Assembly: GCA_049303335.1 (NCBI GenBank)
Contig: JBAQNA010000022.1
Location: 1,135 to 65,134, forward strand
Length of the DNA: 64,000 nt
Direction: 5' to 3'
From: Candidatus Aenigmatarchaeota archaeon
GTDB taxonomy: Archaea; Aenigmatarchaeota; Aenigmatarchaeia; Aenigmatarchaeales; DAIDAN01
Shown one piece after another: positions 20,157 through 32,414 of the stretch. Under the pieces are notes generated by a model. That model ran no database searches. It saw only the letters and a program-made list of their open reading frames with translations, and had not been told where the DNA came from. Both the position numbers and the translations under genes were made by a program. Numbering within the stretch: the first letter of the stretch is position 1; the number at the start of each line of letters is the position of its first letter.

Positions 20157-20702
20157 ATGAAAAACGTGATATGCATATCCGGGCAGCCCGCATGCGGCAC
20201 AAGCACGGTCGCAAGGATTATCGCCGAGAAATTGGGATTGGAATATTTTTCTCCGGGGCAGTATTTCAAGAAGCATTCTTCGGGAAAGGAGACGGAGTCC
20301 GCAATAAACGTATGGAAAACGGAGAAAGGCTCAAGCAAGGATTTTCACAACGATATTGACAGGATTCAGTCGGAAATTGCCGAAAAAGGGAATGTTGTCA
20401 TAGACGGGAAGCTTTCAATAAGGATGATAAAGAACGCGGACCTAAAGGTCTGGCTGAAGGCTGACATTGACAAGAGGGCTGGAAGGGTTGTCAAAAGGGA
20501 TTTCATAAGTCTTGAATCGGCGCTCGCAAAGGTGAAAGAGCGAGAGGAATTGGAGAGAGTTAACTGGAAGAATATCTACGGCTTTGACTATTTCGAGCAG
20601 GAGAATGAGGCCGACCTGGTCGTTGACAACACCGAGCTTTCCGCGGAGGAAACCGCGCAAAAGATTCTGGAGTTCTGGGAAAGCAGGACGGAAAGGATTT
20701 AA
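20157..20702 (+). CDS. cmk: archaeal-type cytidylate kinase
   Basis: P-loop ISGQPACGTSTVARIIAEKLG, with the length and pattern of archaeal CMP kinases. Start set at 20157, because the longer ORF-track frame runs through the tRNA exon. Confidence 0.75.
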   Translation: MKNVICISGQPACGTSTVARIIAEKLGLEYFSPGQYFKKHSSGKETESAINVWKTEKGSSKDFHNDIDRIQSEIAEKGNVVIDGKLSIRMIKNADLKVWLKADIDKRAGRVVKRDFISLESALAKVKEREELERVNWKNIYGFDYFEQENEADLVVDNTELSAEETAQKILEFWESRTERI

Positions 20703-20725
20703 AGATTAAAGGCTTTAATAAAGCC

Positions 20726-21340
20726 ATGAATGAAGAATCTGTTCTTGCTGGTTATTGCCTGCCTGATTCCGAAATAAAGGAATTGATGAAAAATGGCGTA
20801 ATAACAAACGGTAGCGCGAACTTGGTTGAACAGTCCGGCGTTGACCTGACATTATATAAAATATACGGATATTCTGGTCCTGGCTTTATAGGAAAAAATG
20901 AAAGGATACTTCCTGAAAAAAAGGAGATTGAGCCCGTTGGAGGAAAATATGAACTGATGAAAGGCAAATATTATGACATAATCTTCAATGAGGGATGCAA
21001 ATTTCCAAACAATATTTCCGCGATAATAAATCCAAAGAGCAGCACAAACAGATGCGGCACTTGGGTAACGAGAAGATTCTTGGATAAAGAATATACAATA
21101 ACAAGCGGCTTTTATGATCCCGGCTACAAAGCCGACCATATAGCGGCACTGTTGATAGTTAACAATGATTATGATTTTAAAACAGAGACCGGAGCCCCGC
21201 TCGCCAAAATGATGTTTTTTAAATCATTAACACCTGTCATAAAGTCGTATAACAAAAAGAGAACGAAATCCAGTAATGGCGAGATAGCGACAGATGGGTG
21301 TAAAATCCTTAATATGCAAAAAACTATGGATGATTTCTAG
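20726..21340 (+). CDS. dCTP deaminase/dUTPase-superfamily protein
   Basis: Overall resemblance to archaeal Dcd (SGVDLTL...; GFYDPGYKADHIAALLIVNND resembles GWIDAGFKG...). Not verified. Confidence 0.45.
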   Translation: MNEESVLAGYCLPDSEIKELMKNGVITNGSANLVEQSGVDLTLYKIYGYSGPGFIGKNERILPEKKEIEPVGGKYELMKGKYYDIIFNEGCKFPNNISAIINPKSSTNRCGTWVTRRFLDKEYTITSGFYDPGYKADHIAALLIVNNDYDFKTETGAPLAKMMFFKSLTPVIKSYNKKRTKSSNGEIATDGCKILNMQKTMDDF

Positions 21341-21676
21341 CAGCCGCGATAGAAATAGCGCTGGATAAAACAGGGCTCTCGACTTCTGAAAACCTTTAAA
21401 AGGTTCGGCGAAACCTATTTAAATATGTATCTTCATCAAAGGATACTACTTCACGGGTGTATTGCGGCCGGAGCGAGACAAGATTTTTGTCTGCAATGAA
21501 AAACCATCCTTGCATCCCGAGGAATCGGCTGCGCACAAAGGCGCGGTGTGGCAAACATGAGGATTAAATTATGTTTTTTCCGATGTGGGCGAAAGATTGG
21601 TGATACTCTGTTTAGTAGATTAGCAGGGATTCATAAAAACAAGTTGTAATTCACAACTTAGTGTGTTCTTTAACTA

Positions 21677-23848
<2,172 letters not shown>

Positions 23849-23947
23849 AAATTTAATAATGTGTACTGCTAACAGAGCACTAAATAAAACTTTCAGAATT
23901 AGACATAAAAAGAGTTGGAATTTTTACACAAATAAGAAGGTGATAAA

Positions 23948-24202
23948 ATGTTGGATGTTGAAAATTATGATGTAATATACAAATTGGGAGGAATAGCCGC
24001 AAGTGCTGTAACGGCATATTTTGCAGCCCAAATAATTAATTACAATCTTACAAAAAATTTTATGCCAAAGGATTCAGGAGTAGCAATAGGAGAAGCTAAA
24101 AAATTGCTAGAAGAAAGAAATACAAACATAGATAAAATATTGAGATTAAGCGAAAGAATGTTTTATAAACAATTCTTGAAGAAAAACAATATTGATTTTT
24201 AG
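23948..24202 (+). CDS. small ORF in the 16S-tRNA spacer (hypothetical)
   Basis: 84 aa, AT-rich, one hydrophobic segment; it could instead be non-coding spacer. Confidence 0.2.
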   Translation: MLDVENYDVIYKLGGIAASAVTAYFAAQIINYNLTKNFMPKDSGVAIGEAKKLLEERNTNIDKILRLSERMFYKQFLKKNNIDF

Positions 24203-24292
24203 TAATCCGTTTTTTATTATTTTGTTTTTTCTGAAGTTTCATCATACCAGTCCGTGTATATTTAAATCTTGAATTGCAAAACAATTTTCAAT

Positions 24293-24461
24293 GGGCTGGT
24301 AGATCAACGGAAGCAACCCTTTCCGCTCGCTTTGCTCGCGCAAAGCGTTGACGGAAATTTCCGATATCGCTACCCTTGCAAGGTAGAGGTTCTGGGTTCA
24401 AATGAGTTTTTCTAAAAAGCTCAAGCAAAAATATGCTGTGAAAATCCCAGCCAGTCCACCA
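24293..24461 (+). tRNA. tRNA-Ala (TGC) in the rRNA spacer, interrupted by two insertions (D-loop and T-loop), CCA encoded
   Basis: Acceptor GGGCTGG/CCAGTCC with G3-U70. Anticodon stem ctacc/ggtag with loop cttgcaa. T-stem ctggg/cccag, with a roughly 40-nt insertion between the T-loop and the 3' T-stem strand. Ends A-CCA. Confidence 0.6.
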
Positions 24462-24899
24462 TATGCTTAAATAGCTGCGATATGAAACTAATCTTGCCGA
24501 ATATTTTGCGGTGAATTTGTATGCGTAACAAAACATCTTGCATTGGCGCGCTTTTCTAGAAATCTTCACCGAATTTATCGGATTTTTTCAGAACCGGTTT
24601 TTCTGTTGGAAATAATCTTTCGCTCACATCCTGCTCTTCATTTATCATATTCATTTTTTGGAAATGCGTGCACATCGCTGCTTTCGCGGCGGTGGAAGTG
24701 TTGATGGCAATGATTGCTTTCCCGAAAAGGGAGGGCACAATTGAACACCTATTGAATCCGAAAGGATTATGAAAAAACGGTTATCCATTGAGCCGCGCCA
24801 AATTTATTTGGCAAAGCGAAAAATTTATTTTTCGCGATGAAACTGGCAAAGGCAAGGACTGGCAGACGCAGCGACATTAAGTTGTTGCTCGCCTGCCGG

Positions 24900-27800
24900 T
24901 CAGGTCTGTGGGATAAGAATTGAAACAATAAGCCGTATGGCGGATGGCTTGGCTCTGAACAACGATGAAGGCCGCAGCAAACTGCGATAAGCACGGGGTA
25001 GGCGTATGCAGCCTTCGAACCCGTGATAGCCTAATGCGACTTCGCGCCTGCTTCGGCAGGCATTCGCGGAAGAGATTGCATCAAGCCTGCGAAAGTGAAT
25101 CCGCCGGATTAAAGCATTTAAGTAAGCGGAAGAAGAGAAAGAAAATCGATTCCGTTAGTAAGGGCGACTGAAAGCGGAACAGGACAAACCGAACCCGCCC
25201 GGAAACGGAGCGGGAATGTGGAGTTTGGACTCGGGCACTTCTTAACTTTCCAGCCCAAAGTTCCCTGGAATGGGACGCGACAAAGCGTGACAGCCGCGTA
25301 GGGGGACGGGAGAAAGAAGATTCCGGGTATCCAGAGTATCGTTCTTCGGATATAGAGCGAGAAGGCGGGTGCCATCAGTACCCAATCCTAAATATGTCCA
25401 GAGTCCGATAGCGCAATAGTAAGGTGACTGAAAGCTGAAAAGTACTCTTCACCGAGGGTGAAAAGAACCTGAAACCATACGGCGATAGTCTTTTATGGCA
25501 TGGAAGGTGCGCCTGCGAATGAACGCACCGCGAGGTGCAAGTAAGAGCGGGCGCTTACAGTGTCATAGAATTCGTTTCGAAACACGAGGCAGGGAGTTTG
25601 TTTCTGTGGCGAGGTTAATCCGGTTAGCGGAGAAGCCAAAGCGAAAGCAATAGGCGCGTAGCCGCGCAAGCGGCGTGGCGCGAGGTCTGAAAGGGCCTGC
25701 AGTCACAGGGACAAGACCCGAAACCGCTTGATCTAACCCTGGATAGGGCGAAGCGCGACGAAAGTTGCGTGGAGGCCCGGTACCGATGTTGGGCGCAACC
25801 ACTCGGGTGATTTGGGGTTAGGGGTGAAAAGCCAATCGAAAGCGGTAATATCTGGTTCCTTCCGAAATGCATATAGTGCAGCCTCATCCGAGGCAGCTGG
25901 CGGGGTAAAGCACTGATTGGGGAGTTAAGGAGCGAAAGTTCCGGCTTTCCTGTCAAACTCATAATCCGTTAGCGCCGTAGACGATGGGAGTGAGGGCACT
26001 GGGGTAAGCTCGGTGTCCGAAAGGGGAACAACCCAGCCTAAGGTTAAGGTCCCTAAATCTTAGCTAAGTCGCGAAAGTGGTGCTGGTTCAAAAACAGGAG
26101 GGGCGTAGGCTTAGAAGCAGCCATCGCATAATCAACGCGTAAAGCCCTTTTCTTTTTTGGTAACGAACTTGTAAAAAAGAAAAGCGCTTGCGGAAAAGAA
26201 AAACAAAAAAAAAGAAAAATCGGAAATAAAAACAAATAAAATCTTTTCCGGAAAGCGCGAAAGAAAAAGGCTCGCGAAACAGCGGACCTCTCGAGAATCA
26301 GTGCGCTGAAAATGGACGGGAGTAAGTTAAGTACCGATACCTTAGATATCGAAAGATATAGCGTAGGAAGGCGCTCCGTGCGGGCAGAAGCATCTGCGAG
26401 AGCGGGTGTGGACCGCATGGAGATGAAAATCCTGCCGGTAGTAGCAGCAACAGTTAGGTGAGAATCCTAATCGTCTAAGAGGCAAGGTTTTCCCGGCAAC
26501 GTTTTTCGGCCGGGAGTTAGTCGATCCTAAGTCCAATCTTAACTGAACTGGACGAAAGGGAAGCAGGTTAATACTCCTGCACCACGGGCATACGCGCGGT
26601 AACGCAAGTCCGAGCGCGGACGCTTCCGGACAAGCCGGCGCAAGTTAAGCGTTTAAATCCGGGGAGTTTCGTCATGAAGAGAACCGGATGAAGGCGTTAA
26701 CAGCTCTGCTGTATTGCGGAGTCCGGCCCATTTCAGGAGCCCATGAAAACGCGCGCGGAAAGAATTGCTCGTGTCCGTACCAAGAACCAACACAGGTGCC
26801 CTACGCTGAGAAAGCGAAGACGTCTCGGGATACACCATTTTAGGGAACTCGGCAAATTAGCTCCGTACCTTCGGTATAAGGAGTGCCTGGCCAGGGATTG
26901 GCCAGGTTTCAATAGCATGGGAGGAGCGACTGTTTAACAAAAACGCAGCCGACTGCTAAAGAGAAATCTTGCGTACAGTCGGTGAGGCCTGCCCAGTGCG
27001 AGTGTGTTAAAACCGGTTTCAACCGGTCCAAGCCCTCGTAAACGGCGGCGGTAACTCTGACCGTCTTAACGTCGGTCATTTTAGTCGCGAAAGCGGCGAT
27101 GAAAAAAATCAATCAATGCCGATTGAGATATAGGTAGCGTAAATGTTAGGTCCTAAATCCGAAATTATCAAATCGGGAATTTTCAGAATTGGAATTAACA
27201 GTCGGAGATGGACAGAGTTTTGCTCAACAGAAGCCACGAAAGCGGAAACGACTGTGTTATTAGAATCTCTTTTTTAAAAGAGACCTAACAGCGCATTCCC
27301 TTGTCGATTAATTGTCGACCCGCATGAATGGCTTAACGACTCCTCTACTGTCCCAAGATGGAACCCGGCGAACCTGCTATTGTGGTGAATAGGCCACAGA
27401 CCCTCAGAGGGAAGAGAAGACCCCGTGGAGCTCTGCGGCAGCCTGTCGTTGCTGTGCGGTCGCGGTCTCATAGCGTAGGCAGGAGCCGTTAAGCGTTGGA
27501 TTTCGGTCCAACGATAGGCGACAATGTAACACTGCCATCTCGTGACTGTATGGCTAACCTCGTTTTCGGGGAACACCGATTGGTAGGCCGCTCGGCTGGG
27601 GCGACGCGAACAAGTAGGAAATTATACCATTAAAATCCATTACCTGTTTGTCGCGCCTTATGTACGCCCTTGAGAGGAAAAAAGCTTTTTTCTTTTGAAA
27701 GAAAAAAGCTTTATCAAAAAAGAAACATTATACCTTATATCAAGGGCGCCCAAAGTTCTGCTCATTCCGGTCAGAAATCGGAAGTAGAGTGTAAGCGCAA

Positions 27801-29190
27801 AAGCAGGACTGACTGGATTCCGCACATCAAGGAATCCAGAGACGAAAGTCTGGGCTAACGATACGCCGAGTGTTCCTGATGGATTTCGGTGACTTCAGAA
27901 AAGCTACCCCGGGGATACGGGTTGGCGCGGAGCAAAGCGGGTCTTCTTGGAAAAAAATATTAATCTTAAATAGATTTATCGCTAGTTGTAAGATGGTGAA
28001 CAATATGTGTAAAGAATGCGGTGTAACTCTAAATGAATATGAAGAAGCATTAAGAACTATTGAAAGAGTAAAACCTAATTTATTGGAGATGAGCGATACT
28101 GCTCGCGCGGCAGATACAAATTTGCAATTATTGCAAAAACAACATATGAGTCATATCACAACAAAAGATAATTTTTCTTTTTTCACATTTTTCCAGGAAG
28201 GCCCGAAGCCCGTACCAACCCGCCAAATAACCGAGTCGTGGCGGGCGAGAGCTCCTAATTCTCACATCTCTAGATGTATTTCACAGAGAGATGGCAATGA
28301 GCAAATCGACTTTTTGAAATGGGTGATTTTCCGGCTGTTTAACGATGAGCGCATATTCGATTTAGCGAGTTAAACGAATTTTGAAGTAACTGATTTATTT
28401 TTAGAAGTTTTCAGATTTAGAAATACAAGAAATAAGGCAGTTATAGAGAAAATGATAGAAATAATTATGTTAGCCGGAATCCTATTTCAAGACGAGAACC
28501 CGCGCGTTGCTACCTCGCTGTCGGCTCCCCCTCTCCTGGTCGTGCAGTAAGCCCTTTTCTGTATCGAGCGTGCAAAAAGCGCTTGCGGAAAAGGTCCTGA
28601 ATGCGACCAAGGGTACAGGTGTTCACTGGTTAAAAGGGGACGTTAGCTGGGTTCAGAACGTCGTGATTCGTTGTGGGTTTTCATTTTACATGCGAAAGCA
28701 ATATTTCCGGTAAGGCGTGAGCATAATGACTTTACCGTCCCAAAATGAGCGGCACTAGCCGCGATGAATTTAGGAGTAGCTTATGAGTGCTGCCAATTTC
28801 CAGGCAACACGCTTTACCTTTTCAAACTTTCCTGGAATTCAGATGCGATTATCCACATCGAACGACATAGACAGTTCGGTCTTTATCTTCCGAGGGTGCA
28901 AAACCTGACCCGAAGGATGCCCAAGTACGAAAGGAACGTGCATCCGTGGCCACTGGTTGACCGGTTATCGTAATGGTAACGCCGGGCAGCTACGCCATAA
29001 TCGTTAACCGCTGAAGGCATGACAGCTGGAGCTAAATGTTCGGCTGTGCCGAACTAAGCGGGAAACGATCGGGAAAAATAGGTGGATGCTGACGGATAGA
29101 TCATCCGTTTAATGGGGCAGTGGTGTACGCACGAAGCCAAAAGCGACGTGTTCAGCCTTCTGCTCCCAATAGCGCAGTTTCAATTCTCTC
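24900..29190 (+). rRNA. 23S rRNA, about 4.3 kb (ends approximate), with multiple insertions
   Basis: Begins GGCGGATGGCTTGGCTC..GATGAAGG..GCGATAAGC. Conserved blocks recognised: GGAAAGACCCCGTGGAGCT, the CCCCGGGGATA region, GCTGGGTTCAGAACGTCGTGA and CGAACTAAGCGGGAAAC. Insertions at about 26140-26290, 27080-27300, 27660-27740 and 27935-28480. Confidence 0.8.
27993..28373 (+). CDS. ORF inside the 23S domain-V insertion (possible degenerate intron-encoded protein)
   Basis: A roughly 550-nt low-GC insert interrupts the 23S right after the conserved CCCCGGGGATA block. Its longest frame begins MVNNMCKECGVTLNEYEEALRT. No LAGLIDADG motif was recognised. Confidence 0.25.
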   Translation: MVNNMCKECGVTLNEYEEALRTIERVKPNLLEMSDTARAADTNLQLLQKQHMSHITTKDNFSFFTFFQEGPKPVPTRQITESWRARAPNSHISRCISQRDGNEQIDFLKWVIFRLFNDERIFDLAS

Positions 29191-29420
29191 AAAATGAGCT
29201 TTTCTTTTTACGCACGAAAACTTCGTTTTCGGCGCCCCTAAAAAGCTTCGCTTTTTATGGGAAAAGAAAAGCTCAAGCAAAAGAAAACATTTTGAAAAAG
29301 CTTGAGCAAAAAGAAAACTCTAAAAACGACCTGACCAATCGCGCGAAAGCGCGAGTCCTTGCCTTTGCCAGTTAATTTTTTCTTTAGAATTTTCTGGGTT
29401 AGCGGTAGCTGTATAAAATA

Positions 29421-30548
29421 TTATGATGGTAGTCTTAGGTTAAAAAATCTATAGACCTTAAAAGTTAAGAAAACTATTACAAATCTTGTTATTAATTCGG
29501 CAATTTCAAATATCGGGTCTTCTAAAGGGGAGAAATATAAACTTAATAAAAATACAGGCATATAGCTTATGAAATGCGTTGCAGATAATCTTATAAAATC
29601 ATTTTTGATTCGTATTTTCAATAAATCAATAATTGCTTTTCCTAACAAAAACATAATTACTCCATTAAATAAAATACCGAATAACCAAGTATCTATGACT
29701 TCAAACTCTCCGGCAACTATTGTAACACTAATGGCATAAAATATACCCCAGAAAAACCCGAATTTTATATATTTAAGATAATTTTTAAACCAACCACTTT
29801 CTCCAACATCTTCAAAAGATGAAATCTTTCTTTCAGATGATAAATTAGATTCTAGTATGTTAAGAATCTTATCAATCTCATTTTTTTCAAGTCTAATCCT
29901 ATTTTTCTTATTCTCAATAACTTTACATAAGTCTCCTATCTTAACAATATCGGATTGCGTTTTTTCAATTTGTAAATTTGCATCAGGATTTGTAAAAACC
30001 ACAATTGTGTTAATCCAAGGCTTGAATTTTTCAGAAAATATATTTTTCTCGGAAATAAACTCTTTTAATCTTACGGCATTTCTATCTGCTTGTTTTATTG
30101 GATTTTTCAAATCTGATACGTAATACCCGCCTTTAAGATTCATCTTTTCTTGCGTCCATTTGCCATTTTCATATTTTATGTTTCCTTTATGATTCTTTGT
30201 CTCGATTACAAAAATACCATTTTTACCTATAACTATATGGTCTATATTTCCTTCTGTATTTGGTAATCTGACATCATTTAATACGAAGAAATCTTTATCC
30301 AGTTTCTTTAATTCATCTATAACAGCTTCCTCTCCTTTTGCGCCCAAATTCCATGTGATATATTTGCTAAAATAAACTAACGATATGAAGAAAAATATTA
30401 AGCCTGAAAATAATCCATATAATGCAATAGGATAGTCGGAAATTAACCCAAAAAATGCAGTCAATATCGCAAATAAAAACAAGAATAAACCACGGTTTCT
30501 ATTTAGATTGGAAAATGTTCTTGAGAATAATTCATGATTGTTTGACAT
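29421..30548 (-). CDS. membrane-anchored NERD-domain (nuclease-related) protein
   Basis: NERD signature GEEAVIDELKKL...DFFVLNDVRLP...GNIDHIVIGKNGIFVIETKNHKG; TM helices at the N- and C-terminal ends; low-GC gene. Confidence 0.65.
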   Translation of the reverse strand: MSNNHELFSRTFSNLNRNRGLFLFLFAILTAFFGLISDYPIALYGLFSGLIFFFISLVYFSKYITWNLGAKGEEAVIDELKKLDKDFFVLNDVRLPNTEGNIDHIVIGKNGIFVIETKNHKGNIKYENGKWTQEKMNLKGGYYVSDLKNPIKQADRNAVRLKEFISEKNIFSEKFKPWINTIVVFTNPDANLQIEKTQSDIVKIGDLCKVIENKKNRIRLEKNEIDKILNILESNLSSERKISSFEDVGESGWFKNYLKYIKFGFFWGIFYAISVTIVAGEFEVIDTWLFGILFNGVIMFLLGKAIIDLLKIRIKNDFIRLSATHFISYMPVFLLSLYFSPLEDPIFEIAELITRFVIVFLTFKVYRFFNLRLPS

Positions 30549-30613
30549 AATATTAAACTGTTATTCTTACTTATCAATGTAACCTTTTTATACTTCACAC
30601 GCGAACTTCTTTT

Positions 30614-30894
30614 TAATGAGTTGGAAAGACAGCTGTCGCGGCTTTTTTCCGCCGGCCCTTTTTGCTGGCGCAAAAAGCGCCGTGAGGTCAAGTTCCGTCC
30701 ACCGAAACCCCGATTCTGTCGGGGCTGCTGCCCAGTTGAAAAATGAATCGGCAGGGTGCAAGACCAAGTAGGCTGCGATGACCAAAGAGCAGCGGGTAGG
30801 TTGCTTAGACGAATGCTGTCCATGGCGGTTGAAAGAAGGTTCCGTTTGGAGCCGGACTCGCCGAACACAAGACGGGCTAATTCCAACTCATTAA
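30614..30894 (+). ncRNA. rnpB: RNase P RNA (compact, archaeal type)
   Basis: P1 helix ttaatgagttggaa / ttccaactcattaa. GGAAAG near the 5' end. GGGTAGGTTGCTTAGACGAATGCTGTCCA resembles the GGGUAGGCUGCUUGAG...AGAUGAAUGACUGUCCAC block. Contains the hairpin ccctttttgctggcgcaaaaagcgcc. The overlapping minus-strand ORFs were rejected. Confidence 0.6.
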
Positions 30895-30916
30895 TTTCTT
30901 TCAATATCTAATACAA

Positions 30917-31975
30917 TTATATTATCTGCTTCATCACAACCGTGTCGTCGGGCGCGAATGCCTTGCTCCAGATGCGAACCTCGTCGATTGTGCCGTTGAA
31001 ATAAGCTACGAAGTAACTCGCCCCAATTTTTAATGAAGCGTTTGAAGCATATAATCCCGAAGAATATGGCACAGGCGTTTTGTCAACAACGCCATTTACA
31101 TAAAGATTTATTACAGTTCCATCATAAGCCGCAATTATATTTTTCCATATATTGTCTGATATATTTGTAGTTCCTGTTATGTATTTGTCCCACGTTGTGC
31201 CTGTGGCGCTAAATCCCATTTTTGCCAATCCGCTGGAATCTATTTGCAATCCCCAACTCCTCTGATTTCCTGCTGGGAGAGCTTTATTCATAATATCTAT
31301 ATTTGATTTATTAGTTTTAACCCACACACTCACCGTAATCGCATTTGTGATATTAAGGCTCGCCGCATTCCCCGCATTAACATAATCGTTTGCGCCGTCA
31401 AATTGCAATCCTTCTCTGAACCTTCCTTCAGCCCAGCCGCTTGTCGCGTTTCCAGTCGTGTTCATGTTGGTCAATGCTCCGACATTTCCATTTCCCGAAT
31501 TGTCATAAGTTATTGCGCCAGTTCCTTCGTCAAAGTTCCACGAACCGGCAAGTCCGTCGGGATTCGGTATTATCTCGACAAGCGCCAGCGCAACCGCGGC
31601 GCCGTTTGTTATTTTCAAACTATGCTTTCCGAACGGCACCTGCCACAGTCCCGAAACATTCACAACACTCGAGTTTCCCTCCATTATCGTGTTTGTGCTC
31701 GCGTCCAGTGCGACATCATCAATCATCACAACCAGCGACTTGTTCTCAATCACCCCTTTCCCGCAATTTCTCAGCGTTATCTGGTTTCCGATTATGTTGT
31801 CAACCTGCATGCACATCGAGAGCTGTGCCGTTAACTGCGAAGCCTGCTCCGAGCCGGAAGAAGTTGTTTGCGAAGCCATTGTCGAGGAGAAAACATAGAA
31901 CACTCCAACCAGAGAAACGGTGATCATTAATAACATGACGGTGGCGATGACGGCGGAGATGGCTTTTGATTGCAT
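30917..31975 (-). CDS. archaeal type-IV-pilin-like surface protein with concanavalin-A-like (LamG) domain
   Basis: N-terminus MQSKAISAVIATVMLLMITVSL is a class III signal peptide. Thr/Ser/Asn-rich; the LamG-like C-terminus ends ...GTIDEVRIWSKA. Confidence 0.55.
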   Translation of the reverse strand: MQSKAISAVIATVMLLMITVSLVGVFYVFSSTMASQTTSSGSEQASQLTAQLSMCMQVDNIIGNQITLRNCGKGVIENKSLVVMIDDVALDASTNTIMEGNSSVVNVSGLWQVPFGKHSLKITNGAAVALALVEIIPNPDGLAGSWNFDEGTGAITYDNSGNGNVGALTNMNTTGNATSGWAEGRFREGLQFDGANDYVNAGNAASLNITNAITVSVWVKTNKSNIDIMNKALPAGNQRSWGLQIDSSGLAKMGFSATGTTWDKYITGTTNISDNIWKNIIAAYDGTVINLYVNGVVDKTPVPYSSGLYASNASLKIGASYFVAYFNGTIDEVRIWSKAFAPDDTVVMKQII

Positions 31976-32085
31976 AAAGAAAGAAATAAAGAAGGGAAAA
32001 TATAAAGATTAATATTGAACAAAACAAAAGAATTTAAACCAAAGAAACAAAGTAGAATATAATATAAAATGCAAAAGGTTTTCAT

Positions 32086-32385
32086 ATGGCGGAACAAAGG
32101 GAGGCCGCGCCTTCGGGAATCGGCGGGCTCGTCAGGTACGAGGAGGAGAAGAGCAAGGTGCTCATGAAGCCCGATTATATTTTCGCGGCGGTTGCGGTCA
32201 TATCCGAAGTCGAACTTGTCATTCAGGGGCTGTTTTTCATAGCCGCGGCGTTCGGCGTCCTGTTCGGCCTGATGTTCTATTGGATGTACAAGGGCAGGAT
32301 TGAGAAAACGCATCCTGTCAAGGTTCAGACCGCTGTAAGTGCGCCTGCGCCGCAGCAGCCGGCTCAGCAGAATTCCGTGCAATAA
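32086..32385 (+). CDS. preprotein translocase Sec61-beta (archaeal SecG)-like protein with C-terminal extension
   Basis: GGLVRYEEEKSKVLMKPDYIFAAVAVI plus a TM helix matches the Sec61-beta core motif (GLVRYxxEE...P...). Confidence 0.5.
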   Translation: MAEQREAAPSGIGGLVRYEEEKSKVLMKPDYIFAAVAVISEVELVIQGLFFIAAAFGVLFGLMFYWMYKGRIEKTHPVKVQTAVSAPAPQQPAQQNSVQ

Positions 32386-32414
32386 TAGAACTTTTAAATC
32401 TAAAGAAACAATAA

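Noticed and set aside
24288-24569. 93-aa minus-strand ORF across the spacer tRNA-Ala
   Set aside because: Overlaps a well-supported tRNA; antisense junk.
30503-30904. 133-aa and 65-aa minus-strand ORFs over the RNase P RNA
   Set aside because: The region is better explained as RNase P RNA (P1 helix plus conserved blocks). The ORF translations are low-complexity.
31403-32027. Plus-strand ORFs overlapping the pilin-like gene, and the minus-strand 151-aa ORF 31927..32382 overlapping Sec61-beta
   Set aside because: Alternative frames of better-supported genes; Arg/Ser/Cys-rich.
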